DNA of 64,000 nt from Octopus vulgaris (Eukaryota): the NCBI GenBank assembly GCA_951406725.2, contig OX597814.1, positions 67,208,001 through 67,272,000 on the forward strand. Reading direction: 5' to 3'. A program made the position numbers and the translations under genes. Below the pieces are notes generated by a model that saw only the letters and a list, made by a program, of their open reading frames with translations, searched no databases and was not told where the DNA came from. Position 1 is the first letter of the stretch. Each line of letters begins with the position of its first letter. Shown here piece after piece: positions 47,859-59,480 of the stretch.

Positions 47859-50800
47859 ATGGCAAATCTTAGAATCGGTTGCTTGAATGCGAGAGGCCTC
47901 GGGTCACCTTGGAAACAGGGTCACCTGTTAAACGACCTGAGGTTTCATGATGTGGATGTAGCAGCCATCAGTGAAACCAGGCTCTCCGACCCGCAGGAAC
48001 TCGCAGCCCTTTTCGGCGGATACGAGATATTTCTATCTCCGTGTCGGCCGGGAGCGGGCGGTGGTGGTACTGCGGTGTTATTTCGGATGGGCCTGGACTT
48101 GAAAATAAGGACAGTCTTCCTGGATCCGGAAGGTAAGTTGGTGGTCCTCGACGTCGACGGTAGTGACGGCGGTGCTTTCAGACTGCTGGCTGCCTACGCT
48201 CCGACAGGAGCAGGGCAGTCGGATTATTTCAAACGTCTGGAAGTTTTCCTGGGAACGTCACGCACTCTAGTGCTAGTTGGGGATTGGAACGCTGTCTTAG
48301 ACGAACGTTTTGGATCGAGTTGGCAGGGGAGCGTCTGATAGGAGAGGAGGGTGCAAGAGCCTCGCCAACCTACTCGGACGCTTTCAGCTGTCCGACAGGT
48401 TTCGACTAGTCAACCCGAATGTGACAATGTGGACTTGGACCAATCGCATCGGGTCGTCTAGATCGTACTTAGATAGAATGTTTTGTCGGCCAGTGGATAA
48501 GGACAGCATAGGGTGTCCACAATTCCACCTAGTCGACTACACGGACCACAAATTCGTGATATGTACGGTCGACTTAGATAGGCTACATAGACAGGGACCC
48601 GGCTACTGGAAGCTGAACGCGTCGTTAACGGCGTGCAAAGCTTACAGAGACCGGATTAGTTTACTAGTTAAGCGGGCGTTCACGGGGGCAATCATCAACA
48701 ACAACTGGTGGTTTGCCATCAAGGGAGCAATTAGAGTAGAGTCGATTAGGTTTAGTAAGACTCTAGCTATTGAACGTAGGAAGAGAGAGCGGGATTTAGT
48801 TAAGAAACTAGACGAGGCTCTTGAGACTGGCATCGCAACCGACGTGTTGGCGGCAAGGTTGGCCCTCGACCAACACTTTGACGCCAAACACGAAGGCTGC
48901 GTTGTCAGAGCTAAGGCACGTTCGCTAAGCGGGGAGGGGACTAGAGCCGCTCGATGGGCCCTCGTGGCGGAGGCGAAGCGAGGCAACAAAGCAACCATTC
49001 GGTCTTTGGTGGACCAGAACGGGCGCGAGGTTACCGAACCGAAGCAGATGTGTACGGTGTTTCAGCTGCACTTTGCTCAACTGTTTGGGACGAGCGGTGG
49101 AACGCACAATGGTGCAGACTTCGGTGTGTACCTGGACGGCCTACCCCAACTCTCGGACAGCGAGGCAGAGTGCTGCGAAGGACCGATATCTGCCTGGGAA
49201 GTGGAGGAAGCGATGAAGAGTTGCACGAGAGGTAGATCGCCGGGTTTGGATGGTCTGCCCTACGAGCTTTACACTTCAATGCCAGACTTGTTTGCGGGCC
49301 TGTTGGCAAACGTCTACTGCAACTGGCAGCAAAACGGGAGAATTCCTGCTTTTGTCTGTCGAGGGGTGGTGGCTTTGCTAAAAAAGGACCCAAACAAGGG
49401 CGACATTATAGGGAATTTTCGGCTCATCACTCTGCCCAATGCAGAGTTGAAAATTTTGGCCAAGGTGCTAGCCAAGAGATTGGCGCTTGTCGTGGACAAC
49501 CTGGTTGGCAAGACACAGACATGCGCCGTGCCGACCAGGTAGATACACGACAACCTCCATCTCATGCGCTACATCATAGAGAGGGTGGGTAACGACGCTG
49601 GCGCGGGTGGGGCTTTGATCAACTTAGATCAGAGTAAAGCCTTCGATAGGGTCGACCATCGGTACCTGGCAGCTGTTCTCAAGGCAGCCGGCTTCGGTCC
49701 AGTCTTCTGCGGGTGGATCGCTGCTTTATACAGCAACATCTGCTCGGTGATACGGGTGAACGGTCACCTTTCGGAACCGTTTGACATCTCACGTTCGGTC
49801 CGCCAAGGATGCCCTCTCTCCTCCCTCTTGTAGATATTGACTCTCGAGCCATTACTGCGGAAGTTGGAGGCTTTGAGGGGTATCCCGCGCGATCTAGGAG
49901 GCGGAAACAGCGTTTCTGCCTATGTCGACGACGTCACCGTGATGGTGTCGAGCCACAGGCACATTGGCCTGATTGGCGAGACACTAAACGAGTACGAAGC
50001 GGTGACAGAGGCAAAGATTAACGCGGAAAAGTCTGTGGGCTTGCAACTGGGCACCTGGAAAGGCAAGCCCATGCCGTCCAACAGCATCGTAGGGCGCTGG
50101 ACAGTCGGACCCGTTAAACTGCTCGGGGTCTGGTTCGGTCCGGACCTCCAGGTGGATAAAAACTGGGAAGAAGTGACGAGCGGGTGGCACGTCTCACCCA
50201 GAAATGGGCCGAGAGGAAGCTGTCTCTGAAAGGTCGAGCGGAGGTGGCGAATGCATACATCGCACCCGTCATCTATTACCGCTTGACCGTCGTCCCTTGT
50301 CCCAACCGTTGGTTGGCCAAGCTGGTACGCCTGCTCTTCGACTTTTTGTGGAAGGGTCAGGTGCCACTGGTCAAGCGATCCATCTGCTGTCAACGACCGC
50401 TGAACGGTGGCCTTGGCATGCCGTGGTTACTGATGCGCAGACATGCGCTCAGGCTGCGACATCTCAAGCGTTTCCTAGACGGTGATCAGGTGTGGTCGGC
50501 TTTTGTCAGACGCGACTTTCCGCAGCTCGTCTCTTTGACAGAGCTGCAGACCTGGATCAAACGTAGACCGAGAAAGGGCGCTTGGCACCTCGAGTGCCGT
50601 CAAGCTCTCTCCGCCCTCCGCCAGGCGGGCAATGCGATTGGTTTTAGTTCCACTCTAGCGTTCTATAGAGGGTTAGTGGAGGAAAAATGCGACGACGTTC
50701 TCGGGGAAACTCTAGGCGTTGATGATAACGAACTGAGCGGTCTGTTCGGAAGGACTTTCGGGCCGGGGCCAATGGATAATTTCCAGAGATCGCTCGCCTC

Positions 50801-51287
50801 GCAGTGCTACCGAGGGGCTCTGCCTGTTCGGGATAAACTCTACCGGCACGGAAGTGCCGTCAGCCGGGCATGCCCGAGGTGTTGCCAGGACGATGAAACC
50901 GTTCTGCACGCACTCGTCCAGTGCTCGAGTATTGCTGAACTATGGGTTTATGTCGAACAGCTACTGTCGCGTATAAGACGGATCCGACTATCAGCCGAAT
51001 CCATAGTGAAGATTGCCCCGCCGACCTCCTTTAACAAGGAGGGCGAGGCTGTTTTCCTGTGCCTAGTGGTTGTGGCGAAAGAGATTGTATGGTGGACCCG
51101 TTTGAAAGGGCTAAAGTCAGACACTTTCCTCTTTGGTCAAGGCCTCATCAACTTTTTCAAATTTCACTTGAAAAGGAAGCTGAGGTTAGAGAGGAGAGTG
51201 CTGTCCGATAGCAAGTTTTATGAAAGGTGGGTGAATTGTGCGAGACTGGCCAGTATAAATGGACCAATTCTCAGGTTTCGCCTGTGA
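47859..51287 (+). pseudogene. Tx1 ORF2, copy 3
   Basis: Frameshifts near 48310 and 50180, TAG stops at 49540-49542 and 49831-49833, and YADD changed to YVDD. Confidence 0.92.
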
Positions 51288-51557
51288 TCGAAAAATGTTT
51301 TATAAAAGGAGAAAGGGGCTCTCTACCCCCTTTTGACCAGGCTCCCGTTGGCTCTTATGGGTTTTTTCCCACCAGGTACCTTTCGAAGCGCCTCCCCTTA
51401 TTGGGAGTTTTCCATTGTTATAATCTTTCGTTGTTAAACAGTTTTTACTCGGATTTTTTCACAAACGGACAAAACCCTTTGTAACCTTTCGTCCTGTTTT
51501 GTCCTTTTATGTTTACTAATCATGTGTGTCAGCCCTTGTGGCCAATAAAAATAATGA

Positions 51558-51605
<48 letters not shown>

Positions 51606-51950
51606 GAGTGAGTGTGTGAGAGAGCAGTGCATGCCCCCAAAGTGACACTGAGGTAAAATATACGAAGCCCAGTATACCCATCATGACTACACCTCTGATA
51701 AGGGTACACCTGGCACATGCATCACAACCATATGTGCACGACATGGTGATCTCGTATCAAGATAAACAGCGCATGACCTTGCAGGTGGGGCCCAGTAAGA
51801 ATTTTCTTCAGATGGAGTGATATTGAGTAGAATATTTGCTGTAGCCCATCTTTTATACCAAGACAAAACAATGTACATGATAATTCCAATCAGTTAAGCT
51901 AAGAAGCCACGAGAGCCAGTGTTTGGTACTGCATCAGAGCATTTATTATC
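51606..51950 (-). repeat. Unclassified interspersed repeat, possibly a retroelement 3' end with a (TAA)n tail
   Basis: A GC-richer block bounded by TTA runs on both sides, with no coding motif. Confidence 0.35.
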
Positions 51951-52424
51951 ATTATTATAATTGTTCAATATTTAGTACTTTGAGGCAAATTTCTACTGCA
52001 TCTCCTGATATACTTCCGTGTTGCTGGGGTGTTCAGCATTGTGTTCTTTTCTGTTGTTGGGAGTGTACAAGCTCTTACCGGTACTGTATGACGTCAGTTT
52101 TTTCTTTTGGGATGTGGTGCAGTCTTTTGTTCTATTACTGTTTGTATTGTGTGTTGAGTGTGTAATGCATTGGTTAAACGTGTTGCTAGTGGAAGTTATT
52201 TCACTAGCTAATTATTGTTTAGACTGTCTTGTTTGTGGGTTGTTTTGTTTAGGTTGTATTATGAAATTGTGTTGTTGTTGTTGTTGTGGTGGTGGTGGTT
52301 GCTTCCATCTGTCTTTTCTGCGTGTTACGCTCACATCATCAAGGGAAGTTATAACTCGAATGAAGAAATATATATCGAAAGAGAGAAGAAGGGGAGAAAG
52401 TGAAATAGTGAAATAAGTGATCTA

Positions 52425-52670
52425 TATTCATTATTTACATTTGACGGATATTTGTCCTCATCTTGTTTGTTGTTAACATAACGTTTCGGCCGATATACCC
52501 TCCAGCCTTCATCAGGTGTCTTGGGGAAAATTTCGAACCTGGGTTCTCATTCTTAAGGTATTTTTCGATGTTGTTGTTGTTATTATTATTATTATGCAGG
52601 TCTCTGCCTGGAATCGAACTCGGAATCTTGAGGTTGGTAGTCCGCGCTCTTAACCACTTCGCCATATGGC
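52425..52670 (-). mobile_element. tRNA-headed short element carrying a hammerhead motif
   Basis: A box TGGCGAAGTGG (52664-52654) and B box GAGTTCGATTCC (52621-52610), an (AAT/AAC)n linker, then a hammerhead core. Confidence 0.75.
52475..52520 (-). ncRNA. Minimal type I hammerhead ribozyme motif
   Basis: GACAC CTGATGA A GGCTG-GAGGGTATAT-CGGCC GAAA CG TT ATGTT. Both core boxes are intact, stem II has 5 bp, stem III is the palindrome ACGT, and stem I has a C-A mismatch next to the cleavage site. Confidence 0.65.
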
Positions 52671-54830
52671 TAAGATAAATTTCATGTCAATAATGAGCAT
52701 ACAAAACTACAACAAATTTGAAATCAATTGGAACAAAATTAAAAGAAATTGAAAAGTGGCAGCCAAACAGAAAAGATCCTCTGCGTTAATCACAAAACCT
52801 CAGTCAATCAACTTTTACAATGTTCTTTTCGAGATTTCTGAGTTCAAATCCTTTTGAAATCAACTTTGCCTTTTATTCCTCTGTGGTCAATAAGCACAGT
52901 TCTGGCTAAACACTGGAGTCCACTTACGTCGACTGAATCTTTGACCCGCAATTTCTGATCTCATTAGAAACAATTATTGTAAAGAGTGGAGGATTGACAG
53001 TCATTACAGCGCAGGCAAAAAACAAAACAAAACAACAAAAGAAAAAACGAACATCGAGATATTTTAATTACGGCTTTTAGCCTTCTAAGCTGAAATATAG
53101 CCGAGGTCAACTTTATCTTTCATCCTTCCAGGAATGTTAAAATAAAGTATCAGCTATGTACTGGGATCGATTGAATCAATTAATCCTCTTCCTCAAATTT
53201 ATGGCCTTATGCCTGTTTTAGAAGTAATCTTTATTATTACTGTTAAGTATTTTGGGTTTCAATAATGCTAATCATGAAATATATAGGAGCGGTTCATTGT
53301 TCAAATTTTTAAAACTGATGAGACTAAATAACAGTTATTAGATATGATGAAAACAACATGTTTCTATCACACGTGCCAAGATAAATCTATTGAATATGTA
53401 TGGCAAATTTTGAGTGAAAAGGAAATTACAAGTTGTCACTTTGAAATAAACAATTGTCACTGAGGAAAGATGACTGATCCATTTCTAATAACATATGTAT
53501 CTCTGCATATTTATCTTGGGTCAGGTAAAGTTATTTAAATATCCAGTACAATGCAAGTTTGTAAGCATTTCTTTTCTGCACGTCGCAGAAAATGAAGACG
53601 AGTGCTTTATTTGTGGCTTTTGGTAAGTGGTTCCTTTATCATAAACTTAAAGGGATTTTCTTTAATTTTAAGCTTTCTGTAATTTCAGTCTTTCTGGCGA
53701 TTTTCCAATCGTTGTTTCACATTATTTTATTTTAATTTGAAAACAAAAAAAAAAAAACCTCATAGTTAATTTACGAGCATATTGTGATATGCACCGAGAA
53801 ACTGGTCTCTCTCTTCACCCCTTCTCTCACTCTTTCTTTCTCTCACTCTTTCTTTCTCTCACTCTTTCTTTCTCTCCCTCTTTCCCCTCTTTCTTCCTCT
53901 CTCCCCTTTTCTCTCTAACATTCTTATTTTAAAAACACGACTATGTTCAAGTTTGATTTTTTATTAAGAATTTTTCATATTTATTAGTCGTATGTGCTTA
54001 ATTTGGAAAACAACGTTTCAAAAACACATTAGGCTGACGTTTCGAGATAGTTGCAATCACATTCTCAAATTAACTGTTGTAATGAACGCTATGAATGCCA
54101 TCCACACTATTACAGCTGTTTAATCATATAGGTACTAGTTACATGGATTCATTATTTTTCGATAAATTGTTTTAAAAGATGCTGACACACCTCATTTAAT
54201 CAATAAATGCGGATTCTCTTGCAATTGTTGTATATACGTAATTCAGAAAATAGCCTAAGCTGAGCTTCATACAAGAAGTGCAACAAACACAGAACCGGAA
54301 ATAAAAACTAATTTTCTAGGAGAACCTGCCTTTTCAAAAGAAATACTACCCTAGCTGATTCAATTGCTCTAAATGAAATATTTTTCTTATCAGTTATTTT
54401 TTCCAGTGTCTATTGTAGTGCTTCAGGATATATTATAATTCAACGTTTTTCTGCCAGGAACTATAAAGAAGAAAATTCTACTATTTCCAAACCTGGAAAA
54501 AGCAATGTACAACTTGTACATTGAAAAAACAAAGTGATTCCAAGGTGATTCTATCAACTCTGTTAACTTGTCCTTCCACATTCTTTATGGTCATTGCGAA
54601 TGAAAGGTAACTAGGAAAGTGGAGTTGTTTAAATTAAAAAAAAAAAAAGAAAAACATGCTTTTCGAGATCATTCTTAGAATGAAAGCATCGTTTTTGACT
54701 CCCCAAATTGTTGTCTTCCTTCACCACTAGGCGAGTCCCAATGCACGTATATACCTAAAAATGGGGGTGCGATAATTTATTCAAAATTAGCCGACATGTT
54801 TGGATTCCAGAAGGTTTCAACGAACTTTAA

Positions 54831-55053
54831 CCTATTAAGTCGCACTGTCCTATAAATAGGACACTAAATGAAAACATTAAATAAGCTATATGACATTGTC
54901 TCAGTGTCCTATTTATAGGACACTGGGTATTTCCATTTCTACTTGAAGTAAAGGAGTTTTAATAATTAATTTTTTCATTTTAACCTATTTTCAATCATCT
55001 GTAAAAATTTGAAAGTGATATTCAGAAATTTAAGTACTCTGGGACTCAATAGG
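54831..55053. mobile_element. piggyBac-type MITE
   Basis: TTAA flanks at 54827-54830 and 55054-55057. TIRs CCTATTAAGTCGCA / TGGGACTCAATAGG. Internal inverted palindromes GTCCTATAAATAGGAC / GTCCTATTTATAGGAC. Confidence 0.75.
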
Positions 55054-55750
55054 TTAAAATATTTGTTGGCTCATTCCTCAATTCAGAGGGATTTGCAAAG
55101 AAATCTAAAGATTTATGCGAATCAATTCTGCAAAAAGATCCAAAGACTTAAAATTCATCTTATTTTCCATTTTCTTGAATCCAGTTATAATTATTGAAAA
55201 TTAAAGTATTGTATTTCTTAAAACACATTTTAAAATTTGCTCAATTTCCTACACTTACATAGACACAAACACATACACACACGCTTCCCCCACAAAGATG
55301 TATTCGCATGAAAATAAACACAGAATATAGTTGTTCGTAATTGCTTTTTTATATATATATAACCTCTCCCCACACCTCTCTCTCTCACTCTCTTTGCCTT
55401 CTTCATTACAGAAACAGTAAGTATACGCTCTGCAGTATTAGTAGATCTAAATTTTGCTTTCAATCATCAGAGTCCTGTAGTTTATGACCTCCCTATGCAA
55501 AAGTTTTGCGATCTAGATATAAAATTGTGCAACTGAGAGCATTCATTATTATTGGTGTTGTGTTAACAAAACTTGATCTTTTTATTCGCCTTTGTCAGAG
55601 AATTTGTATGTCTGTTAATTCTTCTCATCACATTGCTTTACTTTGCTAAGGTCTTATACAGAAAATATAGACCTTTGTCTATTAAATACAGAGCAATTTA
55701 AAGTTTCTGGTGTCAACCAAATTATAAAAAGAGTAACACACACACACACG

Positions 55751-55789
<39 letters not shown>

Positions 55790-55798
55790 GCACACATA

Positions 55799-56540
55799 CT
55801 AGCTGAATGCCCCGGCGTTGCCCGGATTACTGCTGTTCTTATTCAAATTAGTAAACAATAAATATAAAGATATATTCTCATAATTATTTCGAAATATCTA
55901 TATTTTATTAAAGAAATCCAAATTGTAATGATAATAGGATTTCGAACTGAGAATCTGTCAATATTGAAGCACCTCAGGGTAAACAGCACTCATTGTGTAA
56001 TTTTTTGTTGGTGTCGAAATGAATAAATTGTTGTTGCTTCCTTAACTTTTGTTGATTGTTACGAATGTAGAGGAGACGCTGACTCTCAACTTTAGCAAAC
56101 ATGTCAACCAAGTATTGCTGATATAGATTACGATACATATGTAACTGATTTGATTGTCCCGGTCTTAACATCAGTTGGTAAGAATAGAAGTCATTTGACC
56201 ACACCTTTTTGTTTGTAAATGGCTCTCCTGTTGCAGGTTCAATCTGTGGAATATTGAAATTATATCCATCTTGTCCATTCCACAAAATAAGAGGATACTG
56301 GGAGAGCATCATAAAAGGGATGAGTCTCTGAAACACGTTTAAGGTTGTTATCTCGAGCACGGATGAGAATATCATGATTTTCATCGGGATCACCTACCAT
56401 AAGGATGGCTACTTCATTAGATGGGGATTATTAAAACGGCTAAAATGTCCTTTACTATAGTTTATTATAGACGTAACGAACGGAGAAACACAAACGCAAA
56501 CACTCACTCACAGACACATAGACACACATAGAATTGATAA
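55799..56540 (-). mobile_element. Internally deleted Helitron
   Basis: ORF 55974-56393 (QYPLILWNGQDGY...DFYSYQLMLR...LYQQYLVDMFAKVESQRLLYIRNNQQKLR) matches the Helitron RepHel N-terminal region. The minus-strand 3' end has a GC hairpin CCGGGCAACGCCGG and CTAG|T at 55802-55798. The 5' end is uncertain. Confidence 0.8.
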
Positions 56541-56926
56541 TATTGAAAACAGCAAAACGTACATACACGAAGTTCAAGCGAAATGAAATGTTTTCATTCC
56601 TTCTGTAGCATAGTTATGCCATAAAAATCTTTTTTAGAGAATATTTCCGATAGAAATAATTCAGTGTTGGAAAGCCACAAATGTAACAAAATACAGAAAG
56701 TCAACATTTATTTGGAAAATGTACTAAATGTTATAAAATTCAGGATTGAATGTCTCGGTGAAGAAAGTTAAGCTCCAAGAAAATTCAGAAGGCATAATTC
56801 AATTTTTCGTACAAAAATAATTTATCATTTTACAAATTTTAAACGAAAGCTGAACAAAGTACAAAGGAATATGTTACTGTTATGAACATTTGCTGAAGGA
56901 TGTATGCAGCAAGACATAAATTAATT

Positions 56927-59480
56927 TTGTTGGCTGTCTACAGGCCGCCTCTTGCCGACCCCCCAGGACGATGCTCATTTACTCGAAGCGATAAGATTCG
57001 TTTCAGCTTCGCATGACTGTTTGGTACTAGGAGACTTCAACGCTCCCACGATCGATTGGCCCGCATCAATTTGTACAACATCTTCCCGGTTCGGCCAGGC
57101 CCTTCTTGACGTGGCTGAAGATTGTTTTCTATCGCAACATGTTGAATATCCGACAAGGCATCGGTCTGGGCAGCAGCCATCTATGCTAGATCTGGTATTC
57201 TCCCGCTATCTAAGATCAGTGTCAGACGTATCTGTGTGCGCCCCTCTTGCCAAGAGTGATCATGCGGTCCTGAAGTTCGTCATGCACACAACTTTTCCTA
57301 CGCCCACGACTACTTCGTTGTCACGTAGAGTCTTCTCTGCAATTAATCTTGAAATTCTAGCCGAGGCTTCCGCGCTTCTGGACTGGCGATCCCTGATGAC
57401 GTTGTCCTCAGTTGACGAACTATGGTCATCCCTCAAAGCATATGTAATCTGTTTGACTGACCAGGCAGTTCCCGTTGGGCTTCCCAGGAGGAAGAAACAC
57501 AAGCCCTGGGTGACGAAGAAGGTTAAACGAGAACGTCGACTCAGAGATATTGCTTGGGCTGAATTCAAAAATCTGGATTCGACTGCAGCTTTTGAGGTGT
57601 ACAAAACTCAACGAGACCGAGCCGTGAAAATTGAAAAGAAAGAACGCTTCAGTTATGAATACAAAATCGCGGCAAATGCCAGTAGCAATCCAAAAACCTT
57701 CTTTGCCCATGTCCAGCGGAATTCCCGCTTAAACAACCAGATTGCAACGTTGGTAGACTCAACAGGCGTATCGATTGAGGACCCTTATCAACAGAGTCAA
57801 TTATTTGCCGAGGCTTTTTCAACTATTTTCAAACAAGATGATGGTCGTGAACCCCCTCCATTTGATAGATCGGTACCTCCAATGCTTCGATTGGTCATCA
57901 CGCGGGACGAAGTCAAACGTGTTATTCAAGGCCTCGATGTCAACAAGGGTCACGGCCCTGACGGCATACACCCACGGGTTATCAAAGCGTTGGCTCCAGT
58001 CATCTGCGAGCCCTTAACACGACTATTCAATATGTCATTGGCGACGGGTGTTATACCTGCAGACTGGAGAACAGCGATAATCTGCCCAATTTTCAAGAAA
58101 GGGAGCCGCGAAGACCCGCTTAACTACCGACCGGTTTCCCTTACATCAATAATCAGCAAGATGTTCGAAACCATCCTTAAGAAAAGTATGATGCTCCACC
58201 TCCTAAACACAGCCTCTATCTCTGATTCCCAACACGGCTTCGTGCCGAAGAGATCATGCTTGACCAACTTACTAGTAATGGAAGAATTGGTGACGCGCAT
58301 CCTCGATGATAGTGATGCTGTTGACATCGTTTTATTGGACTTTGCCAAAGCTTTTTACTCGGTAAACCACCGCCTATTACTTGTCAAGCTTCAAGCATAT
58401 AGTTTCCATCCGGATATTGTACGATGGGTTGGTGCCTTCCTCTCAGATCGCTCCTTCCAAGTCCAAGTTAATGGTTCGCGGTCCGACGTCTCCAGTGCGA
58501 GTAGTGGCGTGCCTCAAGGTTCAGTGCTTGGGCCCTTGTTGTTCTTAGTCTTCATAAATGACTTGCCTGACGACCTCACGCAACACACCCTTCTATTTGC
58601 CGACGATATCAAACTGGTCGCTCCTCGCGGTAATATAGAGGATCTTCGTCGATGCCTCCACAAAATTTGGAAGTGGTCTAACGATTCGGACCTGTGTCTG
58701 AACGTGTCAAATTGCTGTCATCTGCCTGTCGGCTCTACTCCTGCAACTCAACTTGATTTCGAGCCGGGTCGTCTGCTGCTGGAAAGGACCGATCAGGTAA
58801 AGGACCTGGGTATCTTGGTGGATTCCTCCTTTTCGCCTTCGGCCCAGTGCGTCCATGCTGCCAACAAAGCACGCGGAATTCTGTTCTTGATTCGACGGTC
58901 ATTCGGAATGCTCACAGCAGCCATATTCCTACCACTCTATGTCACGCTGGTGAGACCCATATTGGAGTATGGGATTCAGGCCTCTTCTCCTTATCTCCTC
59001 AAAGACATACAGCATCTCGAAAGAGTCCAGAAGCTGGCTACCCGCATGGTTCATGGTCTCAAAAATTTGTCCTACGAAGAAAGGCTGAGGACGCTCGACC
59101 TTTATTCTCTAGAAAAACGCCGCCGCCGTGGTGATCTCATTCTCGCCCACAACATCATAAGCGGAAAGTGTAACCTCTCGAAAGAGCTGTTCTTCACTCC
59201 TGCTCCAGAGCGTCGGCTGCGGGGTCATTCCGAAAAGCTCTACCTGCGACGATTTCATCTCAATCGAAGGAGAGGAGCTTTCTCCGTCCGGGTTGCGGAT
59301 CCGTGGAACAAGCTACCAGACGAGATGGTAAAGATGCCGACGACCGCTTTGTTCAAAGCCTCCCTTGACCTCAAGTGGCCTGAACTCTTTACATGAACAC
59401 CACCCTGTACTTAACACCATGTCCCCCTACATGGCCTTGCTATATGCTTTTGAGCCAAATTAACTAACTAACTAACTATA
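56927..59480 (+). mobile_element. CR1-group LINE, 5'-truncated within the endonuclease, young
   Basis: Starts at LLAVYRPP; APE remnants GDFN, LDLVFS and SDH; RT motifs SGVPQGSVLGPLLF and FADD; tail (AACT)n. Confidence 0.9.
56952..59396 (+). CDS. LINE endonuclease/RT ORF, 814 aa open, lacking its N-terminus
   Basis: Uninterrupted frame with all RT motifs and no native start, because of the 5' truncation. Confidence 0.8.
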   Translation: MPTPQDDAHLLEAIRFVSASHDCLVLGDFNAPTIDWPASICTTSSRFGQALLDVAEDCFLSQHVEYPTRHRSGQQPSMLDLVFSRYLRSVSDVSVCAPLAKSDHAVLKFVMHTTFPTPTTTSLSRRVFSAINLEILAEASALLDWRSLMTLSSVDELWSSLKAYVICLTDQAVPVGLPRRKKHKPWVTKKVKRERRLRDIAWAEFKNLDSTAAFEVYKTQRDRAVKIEKKERFSYEYKIAANASSNPKTFFAHVQRNSRLNNQIATLVDSTGVSIEDPYQQSQLFAEAFSTIFKQDDGREPPPFDRSVPPMLRLVITRDEVKRVIQGLDVNKGHGPDGIHPRVIKALAPVICEPLTRLFNMSLATGVIPADWRTAIICPIFKKGSREDPLNYRPVSLTSIISKMFETILKKSMMLHLLNTASISDSQHGFVPKRSCLTNLLVMEELVTRILDDSDAVDIVLLDFAKAFYSVNHRLLLVKLQAYSFHPDIVRWVGAFLSDRSFQVQVNGSRSDVSSASSGVPQGSVLGPLLFLVFINDLPDDLTQHTLLFADDIKLVAPRGNIEDLRRCLHKIWKWSNDSDLCLNVSNCCHLPVGSTPATQLDFEPGRLLLERTDQVKDLGILVDSSFSPSAQCVHAANKARGILFLIRRSFGMLTAAIFLPLYVTLVRPILEYGIQASSPYLLKDIQHLERVQKLATRMVHGLKNLSYEERLRTLDLYSLEKRRRRGDLILAHNIISGKCNLSKELFFTPAPERRLRGHSEKLYLRRFHLNRRRGAFSVRVADPWNKLPDEMVKMPTTALFKASLDLKWPELFT

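Larger units (their letters stand above)
45787..51605 (+). mobile_element. Tx1-clade LINE, copy 3 (more diverged subfamily)
   Basis: Diverged 5' UTR and distal ORF1, near-identical ORF2; ends GCCCTTGTGGCCAATAAAA...(TTA)n. Confidence 0.92.

Noticed and set aside
52597-52670. Functional tRNA gene
   Set aside because: A and B boxes are present, but no convincing acceptor or anticodon stem is visible; interpreted as a SINE head.
53315-53345. CTGATGA-GACT...AGTT
   Set aside because: No GAAA box after the stem.
54033-54068. Minus-strand TTGAGAA...GAAACGTC, possible second U3-A8 hammerhead
   Set aside because: Stem II has a mismatch and stem I has essentially no complementarity; kept only as a weak hint.
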